A DNA stretch of 64,000 nucleotides from Candidatus Dormiibacterota bacterium (GCA_049799515.1 JBARIA010000028.1:783-64782), one strand, 5' to 3'; counted from the first letter of the stretch, positions 45,998 through 55,222 are shown. Translations and numbers: made by a program. Notes: generated from the letters alone by a model not told the origin.

Positions 45998-46869
45998 GGG
46001 ATCAGCTTCTCGATCGGCAGCACCAGGATTGAGGAGGCCCCGAGCTGGCGGAGTGGGCTGAGCAACTCCCAGATGGCCCCGCTGTCTACCACCGCGTGCA
46101 CCGCCACCATGGCTGGGTCGGCGAGTTGAAGGACCGAGGGTGAACCCATTCCCGGGAGCAGCTCGCGGATGGCCGGCACCGCACTCCCGGGCGCGTTCAG
46201 CATCAGGTACTTGCGGTCCCTGGCCGCGATCACGCTGGCGAGCACCATTCGGACGTGGTCGGCCAGCTGACGACGCTCGGACTCCAAATGGGGCCTGGCG
46301 ACCAGCTCGGCCTCCGACTCAAGGATTGTCTCCAGGGGGCGCAACCCGTTGGTGGCCAAGGTGGTCCCGGTGGAGACCAGGTCCACGACCGCGTCGGCCA
46401 CCCCCAGGAGCGGGGTGATCTCGACCGCGCCTCTGATCTCGACCAGCCGCATCTCCACTCCCCGCTCGGCGAAGAAGGCGGTGGTGGCCCGGGGGTGGGA
46501 GGTGGCTACCAAGCGACCAGCCAGCTCCTCCAGGCTGGAGAGCGTCCCTCGGCTCGGCACCGCAACCTGCAGCCGGCACCGCCCGAATCCCAGGGAGATG
46601 CAGTGATCAACCTCAGCCCCAGACTCCACCAGCAGGTTGGAGCCGGTGATACCGAGATCGACCACCCCATCCTGGGTGTACTCAGGGATGTCCTCAGCTC
46701 GCACGAAGAGCAGGTCGAGTGGATAGTTGGAGCAGGAGGCGAACAGCCGTCGATCATCAGCCTCGAATCCGAACCCTGCCTCGCTAAGCAGGGACACCGC
46801 TGGCTGGGAGAGGCGGCCTTTGTTCGGTAGGGCCAGACGGATCCGGCTCGGGTCCTCCCGGTTGATCAC
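45994..46869 (-). CDS. hisG: ATP phosphoribosyltransferase (long form)
   Basis: IRLALPNKGRL, EDIPEYTQDGVVDLGITG, and a C-terminal regulatory domain. GTGA overlap with the upstream regulator gene. Confidence 0.9.
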   Translation of the reverse strand: MINREDPSRIRLALPNKGRLSQPAVSLLSEAGFGFEADDRRLFASCSNYPLDLLFVRAEDIPEYTQDGVVDLGITGSNLLVESGAEVDHCISLGFGRCRLQVAVPSRGTLSSLEELAGRLVATSHPRATTAFFAERGVEMRLVEIRGAVEITPLLGVADAVVDLVSTGTTLATNGLRPLETILESEAELVARPHLESERRQLADHVRMVLASVIAARDRKYLMLNAPGSAVPAIRELLPGMGSPSVLQLADPAMVAVHAVVDSGAIWELLSPLRQLGASSILVLPIEKLIP

Positions 46870-47195
46870 CGAGCCCTTGTCCGCTGGCGCCGGTCCAGCA
46901 TGGTCCGATAGCCGCCACTGCCGAAGCGCAGCCAGTTGCTGACCCTGGTGATGGTGGCGGTGCTGGCACCGGTGCGCTGGGCGATCTCCAGGTAGTGCAG
47001 GCCCTGGTCGAGCAGGACGGCCATCTGCCACCTACCGCCCATTGCCTTCAGCTCGGCGATGGTGCAGAGATCCCGAAAGAAGGCCGCGGTCTCGTCCACG
47101 GTCTTCAGCTGGGTGATCGCCTGGAAGAGGTCGGTTATCTCGGGAGACGAGAGGGCGCCGGGAGAGGCTGTGGGGCTGGGCGGTGACTTTGCCAT
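46866..47195 (-). CDS. TrpR-related YerC/YecD family DNA-binding protein, first gene of the his operon (HisR-like)
   Basis: FFRDLCTIAELKAMGGRWQMAVLLDQGLHYLEIAQRTGASTATITRVSNWL is the YerC/TrpR-like helix-turn-helix pattern. Confidence 0.85.
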   Translation of the reverse strand: MAKSPPSPTASPGALSSPEITDLFQAITQLKTVDETAAFFRDLCTIAELKAMGGRWQMAVLLDQGLHYLEIAQRTGASTATITRVSNWLRFGSGGYRTMLDRRQRTRAR

Positions 47196-47196
47196 G

Positions 47197-47212
47197 TTAG
47201 CATGCTAGCATG
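47197..47212. promoter_or_regulatory. candidate operator / bidirectional promoter core in the 53-bp hisR-like / hisA intergenic region
   Basis: TTAGCATGCTAGCATG contains overlapping perfect palindromes TAGCATGCTA and ATGCTAGCAT, with a CTAG core. It offers TAGCAT (-10-like TANNNT) on both strands, 6 nt from the minus-strand ATG. Confidence 0.45.
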
Positions 47213-47248
47213 ACAGAGCAGCGGTCGACAGGCCGGGATTGACCGGCA

Positions 47249-47986
47249 ATGGAGGTAGTGCCGGCCATCGACCTGCTCCAGGGAAGGCTGGTCCGGCTGG
47301 TGCAGGGGAGGTACGACCGGGTACTGGGCTACGGACAGGCGCCGCTGGAGCTGGCCGAGACGTACGTGCGAGCTGGGGCGGCCAGGCTGCACCTCATCGA
47401 TCTGGACGGCGCCCGGATCGGTAGCTGGCAGAACCTCGAGCTGATCGGGGAGGTCGCCAGATCGGCCGGTGTGCCGGTTCAGGCGGGGGGAGGGGCCAGG
47501 GATGATGTCCAGGTGCGGGCGGCACTGAAGCTCGGGGTCGATCGAGTGGTGATCTCGACAGCGGCGATGGGAGACCGGAGGGTCCTGGAACAGCTGGTCA
47601 GAGAGTTCGGATCCCAACTGGTGGTCAGCCTGGACGTTCGCTCGGAGCAGGTGGTCACCGAGGGTTGGAGGGTCGGAACCGGCCAGGGGCTCAGGGAAGC
47701 CGCCCGGCGAATGGTGGACGCCGGCGTCGCTCGTCTGATCCACACCGACGTGGTGCGCGACGGCATGCTGTCCGGTCCCGGATTGGGGGGGCTCAGCGAG
47801 CTGACGGACCTGGGGGTTCCCGTAATGGTGGCGGGGGGTGTGAGCAGCTACCAGGACCTGGAGCAGATTCGCGACGGCGGGGCCGAGGCCGCGATCGTGG
47901 GACGGGCCCTGCTCGACGGGACCATCACCCTGTCGGCCGCGATCGTCGCCGCAGGCGGGGTAGCTCCAGCACAGGCCGAGGCGTGA
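47249..47986 (+). CDS. hisA: ProFAR isomerase (HisA, possibly PriA-type)
   Basis: VVPAIDLLQGRLVRL, HLIDLDGA, and GGVSSYQDL motifs. Confidence 0.92.
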   Translation: MEVVPAIDLLQGRLVRLVQGRYDRVLGYGQAPLELAETYVRAGAARLHLIDLDGARIGSWQNLELIGEVARSAGVPVQAGGGARDDVQVRAALKLGVDRVVISTAAMGDRRVLEQLVREFGSQLVVSLDVRSEQVVTEGWRVGTGQGLREAARRMVDAGVARLIHTDVVRDGMLSGPGLGGLSELTDLGVPVMVAGGVSSYQDLEQIRDGGAEAAIVGRALLDGTITLSAAIVAAGGVAPAQAEA

Positions 47987-48816
47987 CCGTCACCCCGACG
48001 GTCCCCTCCTCGATCACGGTCCCAGGGGACCTTCACGTCCACAGCGAATGGTCCTGGGACGCGCCCCGGGGGGCCATGGAGGAGAGCTGTCGTAGGGCGA
48101 TCGCCCTCGGTCTCCAGGCCGTGGCGTTCACCGATCACGCGGACTATTCGGCGCTGGCCGCCGGCAGTCGCCTGGACGTGGCCGGATATCTGGAGACGGT
48201 CGCCCACTGCCAGCGCGAGTTTCCTCGGCTGGCGGTCTGGAGCGGGGTCGAGCTGGGCGAGCCGCACCGCTTTACCAGCGAGGCGTCAGCTGTGCTCAGT
48301 CAGGGAAACTTCGACCTGGTGCTGGGTTCGGTGCACTCGGTCATCTCCAACAACGCGGTGCTGGAGTTGAGCGAGCCGGACCAGCTGGCGACCGTCAACC
48401 CGCGGCAGATGATGCGTGCATATTGCGAAGAACTGGTTCAGCTTATTGAGGGGCCGGTGCCGTTCGAGGTCCTCACCCATCTCGAATACCCCAAACGTTT
48501 TTGGCTCCCGCAATGGCCGCCCTATCACTCGGACGAGTACCAGCTCGAAATCCGGGCAGTGCTGGAGGTCGCGGCCGGCCGAGGCCTGGCGCTGGAGCTG
48601 AACACCAGTCGTGGGGGAGACCCGGCCCGAGCGCTCTGTCCAAGCCCGGAGGTGATCGGATGGTGGCGGGAGGTGGGCGGGAGGAAGCTCTCGGTCGGCA
48701 GCGACGCCCACGATCCCTCCACAGTAGCCGCCGGGTTCAAGCTGGCTGGTGAGATCGTGGCGGCCGCCGGCTTCGCGCCGCCCACGGCCAGAATTGGTCT
48801 GTGGGCCAGTTCCTGA
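47983..48816 (+). CDS. hisJ: PHP-family histidinol-phosphate phosphatase (HisJ/HisK type)
   Basis: DLHVHSEWSWD, FTDHADY, GVELGE, GSVHSV and GSDAHD metal-ligand pattern. GTGA overlap with the hisA stop. The upstream part of the track ORF is a shadow over hisA. Confidence 0.8.
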   Translation: MTVTPTVPSSITVPGDLHVHSEWSWDAPRGAMEESCRRAIALGLQAVAFTDHADYSALAAGSRLDVAGYLETVAHCQREFPRLAVWSGVELGEPHRFTSEASAVLSQGNFDLVLGSVHSVISNNAVLELSEPDQLATVNPRQMMRAYCEELVQLIEGPVPFEVLTHLEYPKRFWLPQWPPYHSDEYQLEIRAVLEVAAGRGLALELNTSRGGDPARALCPSPEVIGWWREVGGRKLSVGSDAHDPSTVAAGFKLAGEIVAAAGFAPPTARIGLWASS

Positions 48817-49304
48817 GGCTTCCTTAGCCGTCCCGAGCTCAGGCTGGTCGGGTCCCGGGCAGTTCAGCTGTTGGGCTGAGGTCGGCATGCCTTGGGCCAG
48901 GTTTGGAAGAGGAATTTGCTGGGCGCTCGGGCTTGCGGTGCGGCCAGGGCTTGTGGTAGAAAGTTCCCCACACAACCGAATAGCAAAGGCGACGACGAGG
49001 AAGAGTACGGAGACCCGGCTCCCTCAAGAGAGCGGCTGGTAGCTGGAAAGGCCGCAGGGAACCCCTTCAGAAAAAGACCTCCGAGCCGCGGGAAGAAATC
49101 GGTCCGATGACCGGAAGTAGACCCCGCCGGGAGCCCCGCCGTGATGGGGGCAGGGTGTGATTGCACCCGAAGAGGCCAGTGCCGCGAGGCGCTGGCGAAA
49201 AGAGGTGGTATCGCGTGGCCGGAGCCCCGGGCTAGGCCCCGCCCTCTTGGCCGACCGCATCAGGTCGGCTGGAGTAGGCGTGGCCGGGTGGCCTGGAGGC
49301 AACG

Positions 49305-50462
49305 ATGAGAACGCGAAGCACCGAAGTCAGACCCTTGAGGGTCGTCGATAGCACCCTCCGGGAAGGCGAGCAGTTCGCCCAGGCGCAATTCAATCCGGAG
49401 GACCGGATCCGGCTGGCGCGGGCCCTGGACGCCTTCGGGGTCGACGAGTTGGAGCTACCTTCGCCAGCGCTCGGCCCGGCGGCGGCCGAGGAGGTGGTGG
49501 CGGTCGTCGGACTGCGGCTCCGAGCCGCGGTCAGGGTGCACGTCCGCTGCCATCCGGGGGACATCGAGGCGGCCCTGGCGGCTGGCGCCACCGGGCTACA
49601 CCTATATCTGGGGACATCACCGGCGAGGGCCGCTAGCCGGGCTAGTTCGTGGCCGCGGCTGGCCCGGGAGATCCGCGACTCGGTCACGCTGGCCAGGTCG
49701 TCAGGCGCCTTCGTCCGATTCAGCGCCGAGGACGCCTTCCGCACCCCGATCCGGCGGCTCTTCGCCGCCTTCGACGTGGCCGTGGAAGCGGGGGCGCAGC
49801 GGCTCGGGGTGCCAGACACCGTCGGGGTGGCCACCCCCGAACTGGTGGCCAGCACGGTGCGGCGGGTCGGTCGCCGCTACCCCGGGATCAGCCAGGAGTT
49901 CCATGGCCACAACGACACCGGCTGCGCCGTGGCCAACTCGGTCGCGGCCTGGTGGGCGGGGGCGGAGTGTCTGGACGTCACCGTCCTCGGAATCGGGGAG
50001 CGTGTCGGGATCACCTCGCTGAGCGGGCTGATGGCCCGGCTCTACACCCTGGCTCCGGCATCGGTCTCGCGCTACCAGCTGGCCCAGCTGCCGGAGCTCG
50101 ACGCCCAGGTCGCCCAGCTTTCCGGAATGGCGATTCCCTTCAACCAGCCGCTGACCGGCGAGCACGCTTTCACTCACGTGGCGGGGGTCCACACCCACGC
50201 GGTGCTGCGAGCTCCCGACACCTACGAGGCGATCGACCCCGCGGTAGTCGGCCGGTCCCGGGTCATCTCGGTCGGATCCCGCCTGACCGGTCGCCACGCA
50301 GTCGCCGACTTCGCTGGCCGGCTGTTGGGCAGAGAGGTCGAGAGTGGGGAGGTCCAGGCCGCCACTCTGGCACTCAGGTCCGCCGCCGCCACCGGGCGGC
50401 TCGGACCCCTGGCCGCTGCCGGCGTTGTGCGGGCGGCGCTGGCAACTCCGGGGAGGGAGTAG
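49305..50462 (+). CDS. hcs: homocitrate synthase (short, no regulatory domain)
   Basis: VVDSTLREGEQ, FHGHNDTGCAVANS and GIGERVG motifs of the HCS/IPMS family. Context with homoaconitase and LysW genes. Confidence 0.85.
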   Translation: MRTRSTEVRPLRVVDSTLREGEQFAQAQFNPEDRIRLARALDAFGVDELELPSPALGPAAAEEVVAVVGLRLRAAVRVHVRCHPGDIEAALAAGATGLHLYLGTSPARAASRASSWPRLAREIRDSVTLARSSGAFVRFSAEDAFRTPIRRLFAAFDVAVEAGAQRLGVPDTVGVATPELVASTVRRVGRRYPGISQEFHGHNDTGCAVANSVAAWWAGAECLDVTVLGIGERVGITSLSGLMARLYTLAPASVSRYQLAQLPELDAQVAQLSGMAIPFNQPLTGEHAFTHVAGVHTHAVLRAPDTYEAIDPAVVGRSRVISVGSRLTGRHAVADFAGRLLGREVESGEVQAATLALRSAAATGRLGPLAAAGVVRAALATPGRE

Positions 50463-50464
50463 CT

Positions 50465-51700
50465 GTGGGAACTCTCTCCGAGGAGATTCTGAGCAGCCGC
50501 CTGGGCCGGGCGGTCGAGGCGGGGGAGACCGTGGTGGTTCCGGTGGACGTGGTGATGAGCCACGACACCACCACCGCCTTGGTGGCCGAGGGCATGGATG
50601 ACCTGGACCGGATGGTGGCCCACCCCGAGCGCGGGGTGGTCGTCTTCGACCACATCACCCCGGCCGCCACGGTCGCCGCCGCCCAGCAGCAGCAGCGCGC
50701 CCGGGAGTTCGTCGCCAAGCAGGGGATTCCCAATCTGCTGACCGACGGCATCTCCCACCAGGTACTTCCCGAGCACGGCCTGGTTGCCCCCGGCGACGTG
50801 GTGGTGGGGGCTGACAGCCACACCGTGACCCTGGGAGCCTTCGGCGCCTTCGCCACCGGCATGGGTTCCACTGACGTGGCGGTCGCTTATGCCACCGGGG
50901 AGAGCTGGCTGCGGGTGCCCAGCACCCTGGCGATTCGACTCGAGGGCCACTTCCCGCCGGTGGTCGAAGCCAAGGATCTGATCTTGGAGGTGGTCCGCCG
51001 GGTGGGCAGCGACGGAGCTCGCTATCAGGCGGTCGAGTTCATCGGGGCGGCCGCCCGAGAACTCTCGATCGGCGACCGCATGACCCTCTGCAACATGGCC
51101 GTGGAGATGGGTGGCAAGGCCGGTCTCTTCGCCGCCGACGAGCTCACTCTGGGTTGGCTGGCAGGCAGAGGCTCCCGGCCCGCCCGGATGCTCCAGGCCC
51201 ACGACCCTGACTACCAGCGGGTGGAGACATTCGATCTCGATCAGCTGGAGCCGATGGTGGCCACTTCACCGAGGGTGGACACCGGCCGGCCGGTGCGTGA
51301 ACTTGCCGGGATGGCGGTGGATCAGGTCTTCATCGGGACCTGCACCAATGGTCGGCTGGCCGACTTCGCCACCGCGGCAGCCGTGCTGGCCGGGCGCCAG
51401 GTGGCGGTTCGGACGGTCGCGGTGCCGGCATCTCGTGAGGTCTATCTGGCCGCGCTCAGGGCCGGGTACATCGAGACCCTGGTCCAGGCCGGGGTGGCGG
51501 TCGAGTCGGCCGGCTGCGGACCCTGCCTCGGGCGGCACAAGGGCGTTCTCGGTCCCGGGGAGCGGGCGGTGACAACCATGAGCCGCAACTTCCGGGGCCG
51601 GATGGGTGACCCCACAAGCGAGATCTACCTGGCCAGCCCCGCCACCGCGGCGGCGACCGCCCTTCTGGGTCGGCTGGCGGATCCCCGGGAGCTTGCCTGA
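50465..51700 (+). CDS. lysT: homoaconitase large subunit (LeuC-like)
   Basis: Aconitase-family motifs (VMSHDTT, GADSHT, GTCTNGR, GCGPCLG). Start is the GTG at 50465, just after the hcs stop. The N-terminal 272 aa of the track ORF are a shadow. Confidence 0.85.
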   Translation: MGTLSEEILSSRLGRAVEAGETVVVPVDVVMSHDTTTALVAEGMDDLDRMVAHPERGVVVFDHITPAATVAAAQQQQRAREFVAKQGIPNLLTDGISHQVLPEHGLVAPGDVVVGADSHTVTLGAFGAFATGMGSTDVAVAYATGESWLRVPSTLAIRLEGHFPPVVEAKDLILEVVRRVGSDGARYQAVEFIGAAARELSIGDRMTLCNMAVEMGGKAGLFAADELTLGWLAGRGSRPARMLQAHDPDYQRVETFDLDQLEPMVATSPRVDTGRPVRELAGMAVDQVFIGTCTNGRLADFATAAAVLAGRQVAVRTVAVPASREVYLAALRAGYIETLVQAGVAVESAGCGPCLGRHKGVLGPGERAVTTMSRNFRGRMGDPTSEIYLASPATAAATALLGRLADPRELA

Positions 51701-52236
51701 TGGCCCGGGCCTGGCGGTTCGGCGACTTCGTCAACACCGACCAGATCATTCCCGGCCGGTACAACGTCACCACCAATCCGGAGGAGCTGGGCCGGGCCTG
51801 CTTCATTGAGCTGCGGCCAGAGTTCGCGGGGGCGGTGCGCCCCGGTGATCTGATCGTGGCCGGTGAGGACTTCGGCTGCGGCAGCTCGCGGGAACACGCT
51901 GTAATCGCCATTCTGGCGACCGGGGTCACCGCGGTCCTGGCCCCCAGCTTCGCCCGGATCTTCTACCGCAACGCCATCAACCGGGGTTTGGCAGTGCTGG
52001 AGTCCGCAGAAGCTTCTGAAGTTGAAGACGGGGCTGAGGTCGATCTGGACCTGACCCGGGGAAGGGTGGTGGACCGGACCGGCGGCAGGGAGCTGGTGAC
52101 CCGGCCCCTCCCACTGTTCGCCCAGAGGATCGCCCGCCACGGCGGAGTCCTGGAGCTGGTGCGCGCTCACGGAAGTTTGAACGGGGACTGTGGACCCGCC
52201 TGCCAGCCGGTGCTGGCCCCCACCCATGCGGAATAG
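51700..52236 (+). CDS. lysU: homoaconitase small subunit (LeuD-like)
   Basis: NTDQIIPG and GEDFGCGSSREHA motifs. 1-nt TGATG overlap with the large-subunit gene. Confidence 0.85.
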   Translation: MARAWRFGDFVNTDQIIPGRYNVTTNPEELGRACFIELRPEFAGAVRPGDLIVAGEDFGCGSSREHAVIAILATGVTAVLAPSFARIFYRNAINRGLAVLESAEASEVEDGAEVDLDLTRGRVVDRTGGRELVTRPLPLFAQRIARHGGVLELVRAHGSLNGDCGPACQPVLAPTHAE

Positions 52237-52252
52237 ACAAGAGGAGGATGCC

Positions 52253-52441
52253 ATGAGCACGGCGGTTTCGATCGGGGTGGCCGAGTGCCCGGAGTGCTCG
52301 GCCCTTTTGGGGGTTCCCCGGGGAACGGTCACCGGAGAGATCCTCCCCTGCGGAGAGTGCCTGGCCGAGTTGGAGGTGACCGCGCTCGCGCCGGTCAGCC
52401 TGGCCCTGGCTCCTGAGGTCGAGGAGGACTGGGGGGAGTGA
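52253..52441 (+). CDS. lysW: amino-group carrier protein LysW
   Basis: 62 aa with zinc-ribbon CPEC...CGEC and an acidic C-terminal tail ending EEDWGE. GAGGAGG Shine-Dalgarno sequence before the ATG at 52253. Confidence 0.9.
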   Translation: MSTAVSIGVAECPECSALLGVPRGTVTGEILPCGECLAELEVTALAPVSLALAPEVEEDWGE

Positions 52442-53319
52442 GCCCAATCAGGGTCGGGCTGGTCTGCTCTCGGGTACGGGTGGAGGAGAAGATGCTGCTG
52501 GAAGCCTTCTCCCGGCGCCCTGGAGTGGAGGTGGTCCGGATCGACGACGAGCTGATCCAGGCGCCCCTGGTCGGCCCGGTCAAGCCGGGTGGCCCGGCGG
52601 CCGATCTGCACGGCTGCGACGTGGTGCTGCTGCGTGGTCTGGGCCATTACCGCCAGCTGGCCCTGGCCCGCCTGGTCGAGGCCTGGGGGTTGTCGGTGGT
52701 CAATCCCGCGGCGGTGGTGGACATCTGTGGTGACAAGCTCAGCACCACCTTGGCCCTGGCGGCCGCCGGAGTCCCCACTCCGGCGGCCCGGGTGGCGTTC
52801 ACAGTGGAGGCCGCCCTGGCGGCGATCGAGGAGCTCGGCTACCCCTGCGTGGTCAAGCCCACGGTGGGGTCTTGGGGGCGGCTGGTGGCCCGGCTCAACG
52901 ATCACGACGCGGCGGAGGCGGTGCTCGAGCACAAAGTGCTCCTCGGGGGTCCGTTGCACAAGGTGCTCTACCTCCAGGCGTACATTGACAAACCCGGACG
53001 GGACTTGCGGGCCTTCGTGCTGAACGGCCAGACCGTCGCGGTGATCGGCCGGCGCTCTGAGCACTGGATCACCAACACCGCCAGGGGTGCCCGGGCCGAA
53101 GCGGTAGTGATCTCCCCGGCGCTGGCAGACCTCTGTGCGCGAGCGGCGGCCGCAGTGGGAGGAGGGGCGCTGGCGGTTGATCTGCTGGAGAGCGCCGACG
53201 GCCTGCTGGTGAACGAGGTGAACTCGACCATGGAGTTCCGCAATAGCGTGGCTCCAACCGGGGTCGACATTCCCTCGCTGTTGGTGGACCATGCGCTGGC
53301 GCTGGTAGCGGGGAGTTGA
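52438..53319 (+). CDS. lysX: RimK-type ATP-grasp ligase, alpha-aminoadipate--LysW ligase
   Basis: ATP-grasp pattern (CGDKLSTTLALAAAGVPTP, YPCVVKP, EVNSTMEF). GTGA overlap with lysW. Confidence 0.9.
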   Translation: MSPIRVGLVCSRVRVEEKMLLEAFSRRPGVEVVRIDDELIQAPLVGPVKPGGPAADLHGCDVVLLRGLGHYRQLALARLVEAWGLSVVNPAAVVDICGDKLSTTLALAAAGVPTPAARVAFTVEAALAAIEELGYPCVVKPTVGSWGRLVARLNDHDAAEAVLEHKVLLGGPLHKVLYLQAYIDKPGRDLRAFVLNGQTVAVIGRRSEHWITNTARGARAEAVVISPALADLCARAAAAVGGGALAVDLLESADGLLVNEVNSTMEFRNSVAPTGVDIPSLLVDHALALVAGS

Positions 53320-54353
53320 CCAGGGTCAGCGTGGTCGGCGGAGCCGGTTACGTGGGCGGAGAGCTGGTGCGGCTGCTGCTGGGCCATCCCGGTCTGGAGC
53401 TTGGCCAGGTGACTTCCCAATCCCATCGAGGTCGGCCGCTGGCCAGTGTCCACCCCAACCTGCGCGGGTTCACCGAGCTGCGCTTCACCGACCACCACCA
53501 GTTGGAGAGCTGCGACGCAGTCGTCTCAACGGGAACCGGTGTGAGCGCCCAGCCATCGCTTTCGCAGCTCCGCCAGCTGGCACCGGTGGTGCTCGACTGC
53601 AGCCCCCGGCTAAGGCTGCGGAGTTCCATCCAATATCGCAGCTGGTACCAAACCGATCCCGAGCCAGAGGGGGTGCTGGCCGAGGCGGTCTACGGGCTGC
53701 CCGAAATCAACCGCTCGGCCTTGAGCCAGACGAAGCTAGCCAGCGGAGTTGGCTGTTCGGCGGCGGCGACCATCCTGGCCCTGCTCCCCCTGGCGCGCGC
53801 CGGTTGGCCGCTGGCCACCCCCGCCTTCGTCGAGGCCAGGTTTGGCTCCTCGGCAGCGGGATCGAAGCCCGGCCCAGGAGGACATCACCCGGAGCGCAGC
53901 GGGGCGGTCAGGGTCTTCGCACCCGAGGGTCACCGGCACCAGGCCGAGGTGACCCAGGCGCTGGGATGGGACCCGGCCCAGCTCAGCTACTCCGGGGTGG
54001 CGGTCGAGATGGTCCGGGGCATCTCGGTCTCGGTCCGCTGCTTTCTGCAGCGACCGGTCACTGAGGCGGAGCTCTGGGACGTCTTCCGGGCGACCTACCA
54101 GGAGGAGCCTTTCGTCCGGATCGTGGCCCAGCACTCGGGTCTGCACCGCTATCCGGATCCCCGCTGGCTAGTGGGCACCAACATCTGCGATGTCGGCTTC
54201 TCGCTTGATGGTTCCGGGGAGCGTCTTACCCTGCTGGCGGCCCTCGACAACCTGGGCAAGGGCGCCGCCGGGAACGCCGTCCAGTCCCTCAACTGCATGC
54301 TGGGTCTGGAGGAGCGGGCGGGGCTCGGCTTCACCGGGCTGCATCCCCTGTGA
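53316..54353 (+). CDS. lysY: [LysW]-aminoadipate-6-phosphate reductase (ArgC-like)
   Basis: VVGGAGYVGGELVRLLLGHP and the active-site region GVGCSAAA. TTGA overlap with lysX. Confidence 0.88.
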   Translation: MTRVSVVGGAGYVGGELVRLLLGHPGLELGQVTSQSHRGRPLASVHPNLRGFTELRFTDHHQLESCDAVVSTGTGVSAQPSLSQLRQLAPVVLDCSPRLRLRSSIQYRSWYQTDPEPEGVLAEAVYGLPEINRSALSQTKLASGVGCSAAATILALLPLARAGWPLATPAFVEARFGSSAAGSKPGPGGHHPERSGAVRVFAPEGHRHQAEVTQALGWDPAQLSYSGVAVEMVRGISVSVRCFLQRPVTEAELWDVFRATYQEEPFVRIVAQHSGLHRYPDPRWLVGTNICDVGFSLDGSGERLTLLAALDNLGKGAAGNAVQSLNCMLGLEERAGLGFTGLHPL

Positions 54354-55222
54354 CTCCCTCTGCCTCCAGGTCGCCGAGAGCTACCGAGTCGGTTCTGGTG
54401 GTGAAGATCGGTGGCGGTGGGGAGATCGATCAGGAGGCGGTCTGCCGAGACCTGGCGAGCCAGTGGTCGCGGCGGCCCTTGGTGGTGCTCCATGGAGCGT
54501 CCAAGGAGCTGGATCAGGTCTCGACCGCGTTGGGCCATCCGCCGGTGCGGGTGACGTCGATGTCGGGGATCGAGAGTCGCTTCACCGACGACGCCACCAT
54601 GGCGATCTTCAACATGGTCTACGCCGGCAGCGCCAAGGTCAGCTGGGTCGAGTGCATGCAGCGCGCCGGGGTGGCCGCGGTGGGACTGAGCGGCGTCGAC
54701 GGCGGCCTGCTCCGGGGTCCCGAGAAGGGGGTGTTGCGCTCCCGGCTGGGAGACGACCGCCAGCAACTGCATCGGGGGGACCGCAGCGGCCGGGTCACCG
54801 AGGTGAACGTTGAGCTGTTGCGGCTCCTGCTGGGAGCGCGCTATCTGCCGATCCTCAGCCCGCCCGCCCTCTCCCAGGCCGGGCGGTCGATGAACGTGGA
54901 TGCGGATCGTGCCGCGGCCCAGATCGCCATCGCTCTGGGAGCAGCGACCCTGATCTTCCTCAGCGACGTTCCCGGGCTGATGCTGGACCTGAGCCAGCCG
55001 GCGAGCCTGGTGCCGGACGTCCGCCGCCACGAGATTCCCCGGGCGATGGAGATCGCCAGGGGGCGGATGCGGACCAAAGTCCTGGCCGCCAAGGAGGCGC
55101 TCCAGGGCGGTGTTCGGCGGGTGGTGCTGGCTGACGGTAGGATCCCCAATCCGGTCGAGATGGCCCGCCTGGGTCACGGGACCGTGTTCCGCCGCAACGG
55201 GGTTTCCCGGACTGCCGGATGA
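54350..55222 (+). CDS. lysZ: [LysW]-aminoadipate kinase (ArgB-like)
   Basis: VVKIGGG, VLHGAS and NVDADRAAA motifs of the amino acid kinase family. GTGA overlap with lysY. Confidence 0.88.
   Translation: MTPSASRSPRATESVLVVKIGGGGEIDQEAVCRDLASQWSRRPLVVLHGASKELDQVSTALGHPPVRVTSMSGIESRFTDDATMAIFNMVYAGSAKVSWVECMQRAGVAAVGLSGVDGGLLRGPEKGVLRSRLGDDRQQLHRGDRSGRVTEVNVELLRLLLGARYLPILSPPALSQAGRSMNVDADRAAAQIAIALGAATLIFLSDVPGLMLDLSQPASLVPDVRRHEIPRAMEIARGRMRTKVLAAKEALQGGVRRVVLADGRIPNPVEMARLGHGTVFRRNGVSRTAG

Noticed and set aside
48817-49304. Lysine (L-box) riboswitch or a Lys-codon-rich leader peptide upstream of the lysine cluster.
   Set aside because: GAGGCGC and GAGTAGGCG-like strings occur but about 90 nt apart and in the wrong arrangement for an L-box. 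The only ORFs with Lys codons (for example 48892-49110, ending RGKKSVR) are long, Arg-rich and not leader-peptide-like. The region is kept only as an unclassified leader in the findings.
49141-49308. 55-aa upstream ORF whose TGA overlaps the hcs ATG (ATGA).
   Set aside because: The sequence (VMGAGCDCTRRGQCREALAKRGG...RRGRVAWRQR) has shadow-frame composition and no Shine-Dalgarno sequence. The overlap alone is insufficient evidence.
49649-50464. N-terminal 272 aa of the 683-aa track ORF that ends as the homoaconitase large subunit.
   Set aside because: This part overlaps homocitrate synthase in another frame and is Arg/Gly/Pro-rich. The aconitase-family sequence begins at the GTG at 50465, directly after the hcs stop.
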